Below are positions 12,254 through 23,598 of a stretch of 64,000 bases of DNA, piece after piece. Below the pieces are notes generated by a model, which saw only the letters and a program-made list of their open reading frames with translations, ran no database searches and was not told where the DNA came from. The position numbers and the translations under genes are program-made. The first letter of the stretch is position 1; every line of letters begins with the position of its first letter. The stretch comes from Polymyxa betae A26-41 (Eukaryota > Protista > Endomyxa: Phytomyxea): the NCBI GenBank assembly GCA_003693705.1, contig RBZT01000673.1, positions 124,001 through 188,000 on the forward strand, given 5' to 3'.

Positions 12254-13194
12254 TTAACGTTGGCTGCTGGCAGCACGATCCTGCGCCTCTTTCTCCTCTC
12301 TTTCTCGAACCAGCTGCTGCATGGACCGAGACCATTCTGCGCGCAGGATAAGATTATCATATCCGAATCCTTGCAGTTTCTCGATCGCCTTGGCCGCACT
12401 TGAATGCGTGGCGAACGAGATGAAAGCGTAGCCTTTGCTTCGCATCGTGACTCTGTCTTTGGCCAGACGAATACGAGTAACATGCCCGAATGGCGAAAGC
12501 AGTTCTGACAAATCCTAAGACGAACATATTCAGAGAAGCCGCAAGGAACAGAATGAGGAAACTATACGTTTTCGGTGGTGTCTTCGCTGAGATTGGTGAG
12601 ACGGATTGTGGGCATATCGTCTTTCGAATCGGTCGACGATATACGAGCACCGGCCCGCTGAGCAGGAACAACATAGCGTCCTGATGCGGATGATGATGTC
12701 GTCGTATCGGGGACATCGGTCGAGCCCGACGGCGTCTCATTGGGCAGCGCCAGCGTGTCGCGTTTGGGACATTTAAGCGTCCAGTGGTCTCCCACAGCGC
12801 CACACAATCGACAGATGACAATAGATTTGTTGCCGGCCAGCTTGTTGAGCGGATCGTCGGCTTCATCAGCATCGGTGCGCTTCGATAGATCCAGGATGAT
12901 TTCGTCAGCAGCGAAATAAGTGACGTTTCGTCTAATTGCTTCAGTTTGGCCTTTCGCGTCGCCGAATTCGGCCATATGCTTGCGTCGTTCGACGTTCTTG
13001 TTGACTTTCAACTGGCGTGTGACAGGCTTGAACTTACGGATGACCTGGACCCGGCGACCTTTATCGTTAACATAGTACTCGGTTCGGGTGCGGATCCCGG
13101 TAGCAGCGTCGACGGCGTCGGTTGGCGGAGGCAGGACCGTCTCTAACAGGACGCTGTCGTCGTGCGATGCATCAGCCCAGTTAAACCCATTCAT
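12254..13194 (-). CDS. EIF3G: Eukaryotic translation initiation factor 3 subunit G
   Basis: NWAD start, VERRKHMAEFG, Zn knuckle CRLCGAVGDHWTLKCP, YVVP and a C-terminal RRM (TIRLTNLSED...KGYAFISF...GFGYDNLILRAEWS). One intron near 12515-12568. Confidence 0.95.
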
Positions 13195-14148
13195 GATTTG
13201 ATACAAAGAATCACCCAACAGATTCACAAGTCCGTCACGGATTTTTGTGAATGCATTCGGCCCAGCTCCAACTATTTCATCAGCAAATGTCTGCCTGTAA
13301 GGCTGCCAACGAGCAGCAACAGACGTCATTATATTGGGCATAATCATGAGGAAATTCAGAAAATATAATACGAGATTCCACTGTGGATGCAATTTGAGAA
13401 TTGGACGCTTGTTTTTTGAAGGCGTTTTTTTCTAGAAGCGATTTCACTTCCAATGCAAACAACGTTGAGATCAGCTCCGTTGATCTGATGTCCAATTCTT
13501 GGTTTAATTTGCAGCCAGGGATTCTTTAGTTCCTGCGGCAACAATCGAGAAACTTATCAAACGAATCCATTGTCTCGATCTAATATAGATGGAAGTTTAC
13601 AATGTTAATGATGTCTCAGCAGCTGTACCTCCACTTCAATGAGCTTCTACTCTCATCGAATACTTAGAGATTGACAGTAGTTGACCATTGAAATAAATCC
13701 ATACAAAAGAATGATCAAGCTCTTCCTTTTACAACATTAAATCACGCTGGGACTTACTGCGGTCATTGATGGAAGTTATCGGCTGGTAACAATTGTGGTA
13801 AAACGGATAGACAGGAAGTCTAATCTGGGAGTGCTTGTAAAAGCGGATCTGTTATCACTATCAACACAGTTGTTTGAACAACAAACAAAAAAAAAGAAAT
13901 GAGAAACAGCACGTACCTAACGTTGTTGTCATCGTCATCACAGCTGATATCTACATTACTGATTGGGGTATCATTATGCACGTAACAAATGGAGTATTTC
14001 GCAGGAAGACAAATTACAAAATCGCAACGACGGAAAAGCATTACAAAACGAACATGAAAAAAGCGCTGGATTTTAGGTCCTGGGTGACAGACGCATTAAT
14101 TATTATTGGAGTTTTGGTGTTATTTTGGATCTGTTGACAATCAATCAG

Positions 14149-15151
14149 ATGATGGATTCATATCAGGTTTTATTATTCTATTCATATCATACAATACCAG
14201 ATCCAGTCCAACATCACTCCTGGCATCAACAGCTTTGTGAACGTCTACATCTGCATGGCCGTATTCGTATTGCAGGCGAAGGTGTCAATGGGACCGTCTC
14301 TGGGTCTGTCCCTCATCTACAGACTTACATGGCCTCTATTGATCATACTGGTCTATTCCCTCATATTCAATGGAAAGTATCTGATTCTCCTTCTGGTCAT
14401 GCATTCGCCACCTTACGAGTCGATCTTCGTCCCAATGTAGGATGTTGACGAATATCTCCTGTCCACTAAGAGCCCGCTGCAGATTGTGAATATTGGGGCG
14501 GCTATCAGCCTACGTCCTGGACAGCATCTGTCACCTCATGATTTCCATCAGGCCCTGCTGGCCCAGGATTCGGTCGTTATTGACTGCCGGAATGTCTATG
14601 AATGGAAGATTGGGCGGTTCCCTGGCGCTATACGTCCCCCAGGGCGTCAGTTCAGTGATTTCCCTGCTCAGATCGACGATCTCATCGCCCAAGGCGTAGT
14701 ACGACCTGGACACCGAGTCCTCATGTATTGTACGGGCGGGATTCGTTGCGAAATGGGCTCGTCGTATCTGCGCGCTTGTGGCATCGAAGACGTTGCTCAG
14801 CTGCATGGGGGCATTCATGTAACCTGCTAGGGTTTAGGGTTTCGCTCAGGTCTCACTCTCTCTGTTCAGGAATACCTCAATACGTTCTCAGATGGAGGCC
14901 TATTTCGTGGCAAGAACTTTGTCTTCGATGAGCGGATCGCCCTGTCATCAGGTTCATCAGAGATCGTTGGACGTTGTGATGCCTGCGACATCGAATTCGA
15001 CGACTATTCGAGAAGACGCCGTTGTCGTCATTGTCGAATTCTTCTTCTAATCTGCGACCGCTGCGCCGAATCCAATCCGGATTCCTTCGATTGCGGCTCC
15101 TGCCTTCTTCGACAATCATCGTCAACTCCTGCGTTGATCTCATCCTCGTAA
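14149..15151 (+). CDS. Rhodanese-domain protein, TrhO/UPF0176/TSTD2-like
   Basis: VLLFYSY, GRIRIAGEGVNGTVSG, IDCRNVYEWKIGRF, MYCTGGIRCE, QLHGGI, GKNFVFDER and a Cys-rich C-terminus; 2 short introns. Confidence 0.92.
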
Positions 15152-15207
15152 ACACTTATTATTGTCTTAGAGAGTGTTTGTTACAGTTTATTGGGTTTTA
15201 TGATGAT

Positions 15208-16269
15208 TCAGACGGCTGGATTTCGATGTAGATAAGGAAGGGTGGATACATGAGCTGCCTGCTTCTCAGCTGGTTTACGACCGATATGATTTCCATCAAT
15301 CTGAACAACTCGTGGTGCTGGTAGCTCATCCAAATCTAGATCTCGAGCCCCGGTCGTCTCTAGACATGACGTTCGTCGCTCCATTGAATCGATCACATTT
15401 CGCAATGATGTTCTTGAATGTATCCCCTTGAAATTCGCCATTGATTCATCAATCAACCTTTCAACATGATCGTCTTCATCATCGTCTTCTTTCTTCTCTG
15501 GCACCTCTTGATCTTCGATCAACATGATCGTATTCGGGGCGTTATTGTTTTGGTCAGCGGGAGCTAGACGCCTTGCTCTGACCGCCTCCGTTTCCGATGT
15601 AAAATCACCGCTACGATTGATATCAGCGACTCGTTTCTGGACGCTGCGAACCAGCTGCTGAATTTCGAGATCGTCAATGTATCTGCCGATATCGAGCTCT
15701 TTAGTGAAGCTCAGTAAATCCTCAACCTGAGCTCTGCTAGCTGTCTCTCCTTCCTCTTCTGTCATTGACCACGCCGGCTTTTGCATCTTCTTCAATTCGC
15801 TCAACGGCGCCGTGAACAGTTTCTCGGCCTCGGCTGCCGTTAATTCGTTTTCACCGCCTTTGATGGCTTCGCAGATGCGGCGCCGAACGAACGCAGATCG
15901 TTCCTTGAAGTTTTGAAGCCGGATCTCGTCTGCAGTTTGCTGCCGGCGATGTTCGTCCTCGATTTGTTGGCGTTCATGGCGAAGGTCATCAAGCCAGCGC
16001 CGATGCTTGCGCATGGCCGGCGCCATAGCCGATATACGCTTTCGTTGAAGCATGAAAGCTGGATTTGGTATTGGCGGATATCCAATATGATCATGACAAT
16101 GACCTCCTGTTATAAAAGGAGGAGGATTACTGCCAGGAGGATGACCTCGCCCATGAGGATCCACGATCGACGACGCCGGTCGCAGCGATAGCATCACGCC
16201 TTTGTGTAGCAGCGTCCCGGACGATGTCGGGCGGGTCGGGGGATCGCTGAGCATGACGCCATGACTCAT
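15208..16269 (-). CDS. Uncharacterised coiled-coil protein, 353 aa, intronless
   Basis: Long open ORF with motif-like blocks KPAWSMTEEE, LLSFTKELDIGRYIDDLE and terminal LPYLHRNPAV. Confidence 0.8.
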   Translation of the reverse strand: MSHGVMLSDPPTRPTSSGTLLHKGVMLSLRPASSIVDPHGRGHPPGSNPPPFITGGHCHDHIGYPPIPNPAFMLQRKRISAMAPAMRKHRRWLDDLRHERQQIEDEHRRQQTADEIRLQNFKERSAFVRRRICEAIKGGENELTAAEAEKLFTAPLSELKKMQKPAWSMTEEEGETASRAQVEDLLSFTKELDIGRYIDDLEIQQLVRSVQKRVADINRSGDFTSETEAVRARRLAPADQNNNAPNTIMLIEDQEVPEKKEDDDEDDHVERLIDESMANFKGIHSRTSLRNVIDSMERRTSCLETTGARDLDLDELPAPRVVQIDGNHIGRKPAEKQAAHVSTLPYLHRNPAV

Positions 16270-17586
16270 CGACGATCAAGGTACGCGATGTTAATGGGAT
16301 AAATCTTTGGAACAGATTTCTTCTCTGACAAATGATGCCTTTGGAGGCGTTGCGGGATGCTGCTGATGGGATTGTGTGAATTTAACTCAAAAGATCGCTG
16401 ATGCTGTAAGTATCGATAAAGATCTGCTGAACACAATTACTGAAGAACTGAGAAAACGAGGTCTGAGAATACTGCAGGAAACCATCGAAGAATTGTTACT
16501 GATCAGAAACAGATTCCATTTTAGAAACAATTTCACTCATAAGGAAGCCATAGCAGGAGATCCCAAATATGGAGATATTCGCCCCATGTAGATATGATTC
16601 GACAAGCTGATAATTTGATAAGAAAAGAACAGAACTGACAGAAATTTTTGAAAACCAGCAGTATAGAGTATGTTTTGCAGGTTAAATGAAGACAGCCCGA
16701 ACCCGACCTAGTCGTTGAGCATTATCTGATCCTAAACCATGAAATCAGATCATGAATATTCATGACCAGAACCCTACTTGCAAAGCGGACGTCGTAAAGC
16801 CAGGACAGATGATGAAAATATGCTGATATATCATTGAGTGATATAACACCAACAGACCTGAATAACAGAGCTGGTTATGATACTCTCACATATCAGCACT
16901 GTCAGCAACAGCTATGTAGAATTTATTATTGCAGGGCGCTCCAAGGACATGGTCGTTCCCAATATCGTCTGATTCAGGGACTGTAGAACTGGCGTCTATT
17001 CCGTTCAAGCAGGCAATGAAACGAGACTGAGCAACACGTCAATCAGCAGCTCGACGCAGGTCTACAGGGCCAGGAGAGCACGACGTTAATCGGAGCTCTT
17101 CAAGAGTACATCTCACCAGTCTTACAATCAGATCGAGCTTGTTTCGAAGCGCATTGGAGACTTCGAATCGGTTACGATATTGAGCGAGCGTGCCCCAACC
17201 GATTCCTGTCCATCTTCTCGTGTATATCGACCATAAAATTCGGCCTGAGCGGACGCCGGTTCATCTATCAATGTTCAATGCCTCGCTGGATTAGTCTACA
17301 AATCAACCAGGTCCTATCTAAAAAGACATGGAGTGATCCCGGGGCGAATGCAACCAATTCCTGGTCACGATCTCGCGTCTACATTGCAGAATCGCATCTC
17401 TCATCACCCATCATTGTGTATTATAAAAAAGGAGTTCAATCCTATCACATAACAACGTTTTCATTTCGAGAGTAAATTTGATCTGAAAAAGTGGAATTGA
17501 TGTGACGGGAGGTGTGGATGATGAGCTGGTTGATTTATTTATATTAGGGGATCTCCCTATATGTTCTATTGAATTAATGGACGCCC

Positions 17587-18702
17587 TCAGGCACTAATAC
17601 GCTCCTGTTTCAGAGGAGCGATCCCCGTCTCCTGAATCAGAGCCAGCAGAGCGTCATGATCGTCGACATTCGGTGGCGTCTCCGGCGGCGTCATATCATC
17701 TATCGCCAATGACGTCTGACTGATTGTCGTGATCGAGGACGTCGTCGATGATACCTGATGTATATGGGCCTGATCTATAGCTCAGCGAACGCCATCTCAT
17801 CAACCATCAATCGTACCATATGACGAATTAATCTGCCTGGCGTTGTGAATGATTTCATACATATTCGGCAGTCCATTGGCCCAAGCTGTTTCTCAGCAGG
17901 AATATACGCTGTACCATGTATACTCGTCATATGGCGGTTCAGACGACCTGCCGTTGTAAACGTCTTCATGCAGATGGCGCATTGGAGCGGTACACGATCA
18001 TGAACCAGACCATGGATCTTGAGCTTGCTCCGACAGATGAACGACTTCCCGCATGTCTCACATTGAAACGGACGTGAACCTGAATGTACTCGTTCATGGG
18101 TCGTCAGCTAATACATTGGTCAGCTCCATTAACAAACATCGAGTCCATTAGATGCCATACGGTGTGTTTCTGCCATAACACAAGTCAGCGAATGGGGGCC
18201 AGTACAACCCGGGTTTTGTTAGAACAGATCCCACCTGGGTGAATGCTTTGCCACAGATCTGACATTGGAATGGTCGATGACCGGTATGCGTCAGCAGATG
18301 CGATTTCAGATTGCCTTTCGTGGACGATGATTTCCCTGCGACGATTGATGGTTGGCGATATGTTGGATGACGACCTTTAGATTGCTTACCGCAGATAGGA
18401 CACATATGACGTGTATCAGGGCTGTGGATACGCTCATGGACTCGAACTGATCCTTTCTGGCTGAACTGCTTGCCGCAGATCGAGCAGCGGTATTCGGTCG
18501 GGTTCTCGTGACGCGCCTGATGATTCAGGAAGTTGGCTTTGTGTGTGAATTGACGCGAACAGATCGAGCATGAATACGGTTTCGTGCCGAGCTGTGATGA
18601 ATGATCGACGGCGGGTGACTCGGGACCCTGAATCGATGCGAAATGTGCTAATGTCATCATGCCTGAGGCGATGTCGTCCTCGACCACATCAATTCCGTTC
18701 AT
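17587..18702 (-). CDS. C2H2 zinc-finger transcription factor (multi-exon)
   Basis: Repeated CxxC...HxxxH fingers with HTGHRPFQC and HSGSRPFQC linkers. The last exon ends ...LKQERISA* at 17587. Confidence 0.9.
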
Positions 18703-19005
18703 GAAATCGACAATTTACGAAAAGGAATTGTTCAAACTCACGATCTCGACATGGACAATGGAAATGGCCCGGCTGAATCCAACTAAATCGAGATTCTTTT
18801 TTGCGATCCAATTTGGTACGAGAACATGGCCTGAATAAGGAATTTAAATTCTAGAATCCCCAAGACCGGGTTTATCTCGACAATATCTTCAGTTTCCGAT
18901 CTGGAACCCTCTCGATCGTATCTAACTATGACATTTTGGGACACCCTCAAACAATAACGTACAATGTTTTATACAGAGAACTTGGGTGAATGCGACCTTT
19001 TCCGT

Positions 19006-20840
19006 TTAATTTTCATAGGCAGAACAGCTCCTTTGCAGAGCATCCTCGGATGAAAATACTGGCGTGTTCGACAGATCATCTTCATCGTTTAAGGTCAAGC
19101 ATCCAATGATGAATTCGCGATAATCAATCATAGAGCTGCCGTTAGCATCAAATGATAAAAATACCCGATTTGCAAATTCTGCATCCTAAACAACCATCAA
19201 AACAGATTACAAAACGAGCTGGTCCCCTAAACGCACAATTGTGGGATTGAGCTTCACCACAAACTTGTCGAATTCTTCTCGATCGATGAGCCGATCACCT
19301 CTACATGTACATTAGACCCCTATGCAATTTATAGCGTAACCTAGCTAATACTTGAAATCGATTCGGTCAAAATCTTCAACGAGCCGTTTGATCTGTTCAA
19401 GCTTCACCTTGAATCGTTCTTTGAGCTCATAAATTGAAACACCAATCTCAACGCCTTCGCCCTACATGAAAATTTTAGATTCATAACTCAGAGCTCGTTG
19501 TCAAAGAACGAACACGTCGCAGTAGCCAATTATCGACAATCGAATCTTCGGCTCCGTATGGAACAATTGGAACATTTAATGCCTGGGCCATCGTCTGGCA
19601 ATACCTTCCATTCAGAAACTGGCAGCTAACCACAACCTAACCCGTCCATACCTTTCGAACATTTTCGGCATAGCGTTCTGGATTGGCCAGCTCACCTTTG
19701 GATGGTCGGCGTACCGGAAGGAAGATTATCTCAGCGCGTTGGAATGGCTGTCAGACACAAATTTCTGTATGATATCACAATAACGGCAGTAACAGTCATA
19801 CCTGACAAAGCATCTCTGTTATGGCGATCCAAAGAGGAGGGCTGTGATTTGTCCAGCAAGGATCTGAATGTTGCCACGGGAACCTATAAAACGACGACGA
19901 TGCATCAGATGGTCCAGTACGCCCATTGCCGCCCTCCGTACTTGATGAGAACCGGTTGAACCGGGTATCCAGTGGAGAAGGCGCCTTTCTTGAACCGCAG
20001 CAGCGTTCTGCTGTTGGATGTGGTGCCCTCCGGAAAGATCATGATCGGAGGGAATCCGCCGTGATGAGCTCGTTTTCTGTAAAAAAACGTCACAAACCAT
20101 GAATCGCACGTCTTATCAAAAAATGTCGGAATCAGGAATTCGAATGAGCTCAAACTGACCCGATCTCGCTAAGGACGTCTGCTCTGCCTTCAACGCTCAT
20201 GCGATCCACGAAAATGAACTGCAAAGCTTTACAAATGCGACCGACAATCGGCACATCTTCGGTAGACTTTAGTCAGAATCAGCCAAAGAGATAATCGAAC
20301 AGGTTGCTGAGTCAGAAACCTTTTTAGCCACAGCAATGGAAGGAAATTGAGACAATAGCAGAAATGCATCCAGAATGGTAATATGATTCGCCACGACAAT
20401 TCGAGCTGATTTATCGAGTTCTCCTCGGGTCTTGATCTTCCAAATACCGAAACATAACAACACAATCCGACTGAAGAATGAGCAACTTATATCCAGGACT
20501 CTAACCCAAATCATATAACATAAGCTTGGAGAAGAATTAGCATCCGGTAGAAGACCTACGTTCGTCTCCATCCAGTCATTGGTTCAATAACTCCATCTTT
20601 ATCGTAAACGGGCTTCCGACCAATCGTGATCAGCTCCAGAATAAGCCATTGCAGTATAAAGCACACAATTACGATGACGAACCGAACGATGGGAATAAGC
20701 AAAAGAGAGGCGATCAGCACCTTGAAGCAAATACAATCTCAGTATAACAAAATTGATAGGGACAGATCTCAATCAACCTTAACAAATTCCCTTCTCGAAT
20801 TCAGAAACGTCTCCCCGCTATATGTGAACGGTCGTGGCAT
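19006..20840 (-). CDS. Lysophospholipid acyltransferase (LPCAT/LPEAT-like) with C-terminal EF-hands
   Basis: IVVANHITILD (HxxxxD), IFPEGTTSN, FKKGAF..GYPVQPV, an N-terminal TM segment and an EF-hand-like FDANGSSMIDYREF. The start is approximate. Confidence 0.88.
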
Positions 20841-21512
20841 GCAATAATCATAGGCGTCCGAGTCCCCTATTGGCCATTAAAATCAGATCTGGACGCGATT
20901 GGTCGGCCAAGGTTCTGGCTGCCCGTACCGACCAAAGCCGATGACCTTCGCCTTAGACGCTGATTAATGTCTGTCATTTACAGACTGACAGACACAGTTT
21001 TGATACGTAGTAACACTGGCATGCACTGACTTCTGTTTTCTGACGATTTTTTTCACTGACAAAGTCGAGTTTTTCGATCAAATTGCGTACTGTCCAATCT
21101 AAGTCAGAGTGCGAACTTGATCGTAATCATCCACGTTAATCTAAAACGTGCTCCAGCTGCGTTTGACTGCTTCTAAATAATACGTTCGTATTAGAGTCGA
21201 CGCCGTCCGATGACCGAAAATGGAAGATCAGATGTGAATATACCCAGAATAGAATGTCTGCTTCAATCGCTAACCTAATAGCATGACTACTAGAAGCTGC
21301 TGCCAGAATATTGACTTCATAACGATCTCTATCTTTAGTATTGGTTTGATCCTTCTTCTCGTCGTCGTGGCCAGGGTAATGCTATCTTATGCATTCTTCA
21401 GACGCTGCTAAGGTGTGTGGAATGTGGATGATCCCAGCGATCAGGTTCATTCGACAAGCTGGTGATGTCATCATTGACTGCCCGGGCCCTCAACTTATCA
21501 AAAATTTCTGAA

Positions 21513-21680
21513 ACGGAGCAAGAATGGCTACAGATTGCAGAAAACTTTAATAAGATTGCATTTTTTCCCTGGGCGCTGCTTTGCAGTAGATGGGAGTCTT
21601 ATTGCTGTCGAAAGACCATCTAAGTACGAAGGGTGGTACTGTCGTAAGGGGTATTCCTGCAATCAATGCCCTCGTCATGT
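21513..21680 (+). mobile_element. Degenerate PIF/Harbinger DDE transposase fragment
   Basis: Across two frameshifts it reads TEQEWLQIAENFNKIA-FP / FAVDGSLIAVERPSKYEGWYCRKGY / PAINALVM, matching the Harbinger/HARBI1 region 'GA(I/V)DG..I...P.....Y.RK.Y.(S/A).N'. Confidence 0.7.
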
Positions 21681-22953
21681 CTGGAGTACTCCTTCGTCTT
21701 CCATCTGATTAAGGAAAATAATAGGAAACCGGAAAAAGAATATAAACACAGAATCAGTTGGTATGTAGCTTTTTAGAATATGATATACCAGATTAGAAAT
21801 AGTCTTATTGACAGACATGAAGCATTTAACAATGAATAATATTAATAAATATTAATACCACTAAATTATTACGTTCTTGTCTGCATGTTAATACCGGTAG
21901 CGGAACTTGCGAGACATCGCAAGACTTGCAAATTATGCAATCCGCAACGCAAATGATGTTTTCGACGGAAATGTGTAGGGCTGCGCCTGAAATACAGGTA
22001 AGGATTTGCGCGCGAAGATTCAAAGAAGGAAGGTATTATCAGGTAGCACCATAAATGACACAAATAAAATGAGACAGCAATTGTGGCTGCGGCGACGGAA
22101 ACGGTTGCTTTTGCTTCTCCGACCAAGTTTCTGAATAAGGGAAAAACTACCTGTGGAGTGATTTCTGATTATTACAAAAAATTACAGAAATGGCAATCAA
22201 TGACCGAAATTCTTTGAGATTCTTGATAAGGGATGAACGCGTTCGACTTTACGACAATGTAATGTTCTTAATGCGCGGATACTCGAAGTTCAACTGCGCC
22301 TTCTGCCAGGCAGGCTGTGAGTCATCGACCAATCCTATTCGCATCATAGAGTTCAAGTTAACAGTAATCGTTGTCTATTGAAAAATCTGGATTATTGCAT
22401 CTACTCCTTATTATAAGAAGTCATTTTCTTATGACAGGCTTAACAACTCTTGGGTTGCGTTGTCTTTTTGTTTTCAAACCACTTACCGTCAATCTTTCTG
22501 TTGAGATGAGAATCGAGCAGACAGACATTTGTACATTCCGATGATAAACCCTGGACTCCATTAACTTCAAACGAAGTGAACGAATTTGTATCCCAATGAT
22601 GCAATATTTGTTTTTCAGATTGCATACGATGAGGAAACTTAAATCGGGTTCATGGACGTTCAGGCAGCTCATGAAGCGCACTAAAAGCGAATTACACAAG
22701 ACATGGTGTTCGTAATGGCTGAGATAACACGTGTTTGATCACAATCGGTTTTATGGTTAAAATAGCTCAAACAGAGGAGCCCAATCAATGTTCAATGCAG
22801 TTACGAGATTGATCAGAAATATATTCAGATACGGATGTTGACTCATTCGAAAAGATTTCATCCCCTTTGGAATGTCATCAAAGTGAGTCAATGGATTGCC
22901 CGCCCTCGGTTCATCCTCATTCCCTATTTTGAATTCAAGAAGAAAAGACAATA

Positions 22954-23460
22954 ATGTCGATCGAACTATTCCTTACTATCACAATTCTTTCATTAGCACA
23001 TGCTGATTTTGCTGAACAACCAGACAGTGCCATCATAGTGAGCGGTACCTCATTAATACCAGGCGATAGCCGCTTCAGCAAGTCCCAACAATACAAGCTA
23101 ACGTTTGATGGAGATATTCATTTGATGCAATGGAGTGTTGATGCATATTATCCTGAAGGCTGGTATGGGACCTACGTCTGGAGTATCTGCAGTAATCAGA
23201 CCGGAGCGACATTCAGCATGAGATACGATGGCAATCTGGTCTTAGAAGATGCTTATGGAACCCTGTTATGGTCTCATGATCAGAACAAAGATGGATCAAC
23301 ATCAACTCCGTATTATGCTATGGTTGGCGATGGAGGGAATCTGGTTGAGTTCACTTACAGTGGAATCATGATCTGGAACAGCTCGAACCCCGATACACAA
23401 AATAGTGGTACGAGCCTCGCCAAGTTGAAATATGGGGATTGCTTATCTGTCAATTGGTAA
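22954..23460 (+). CDS. Secreted bulb-type (B-type, GNA-like) lectin, 168 aa
   Basis: Signal peptide; FSMRYDGNLVLE..G.LLWS and MVGDGGNLV...IWNS repeats; paralog at 51487-52038. Confidence 0.8.
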   Translation: MSIELFLTITILSLAHADFAEQPDSAIIVSGTSLIPGDSRFSKSQQYKLTFDGDIHLMQWSVDAYYPEGWYGTYVWSICSNQTGATFSMRYDGNLVLEDAYGTLLWSHDQNKDGSTSTPYYAMVGDGGNLVEFTYSGIMIWNSSNPDTQNSGTSLAKLKYGDCLSVNW

Positions 23461-23598
23461 AGCCAGTATTCTACAAAATAAAATCTATTGAAGAATTAAT
23501 ATCGCAATGTTAGGGGCCTAAACGTTGCATGAGAAAGCTCTCTATATGACAGCGATGTTCGAGTTTATTCCCATTTAAAGCTAAGCGAGCATAGTCGT

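Noticed and set aside
16300-17500. Short coding-like ORF fragments in the intergenic gap
   Set aside because: Could not build a gene model or recognise any family.
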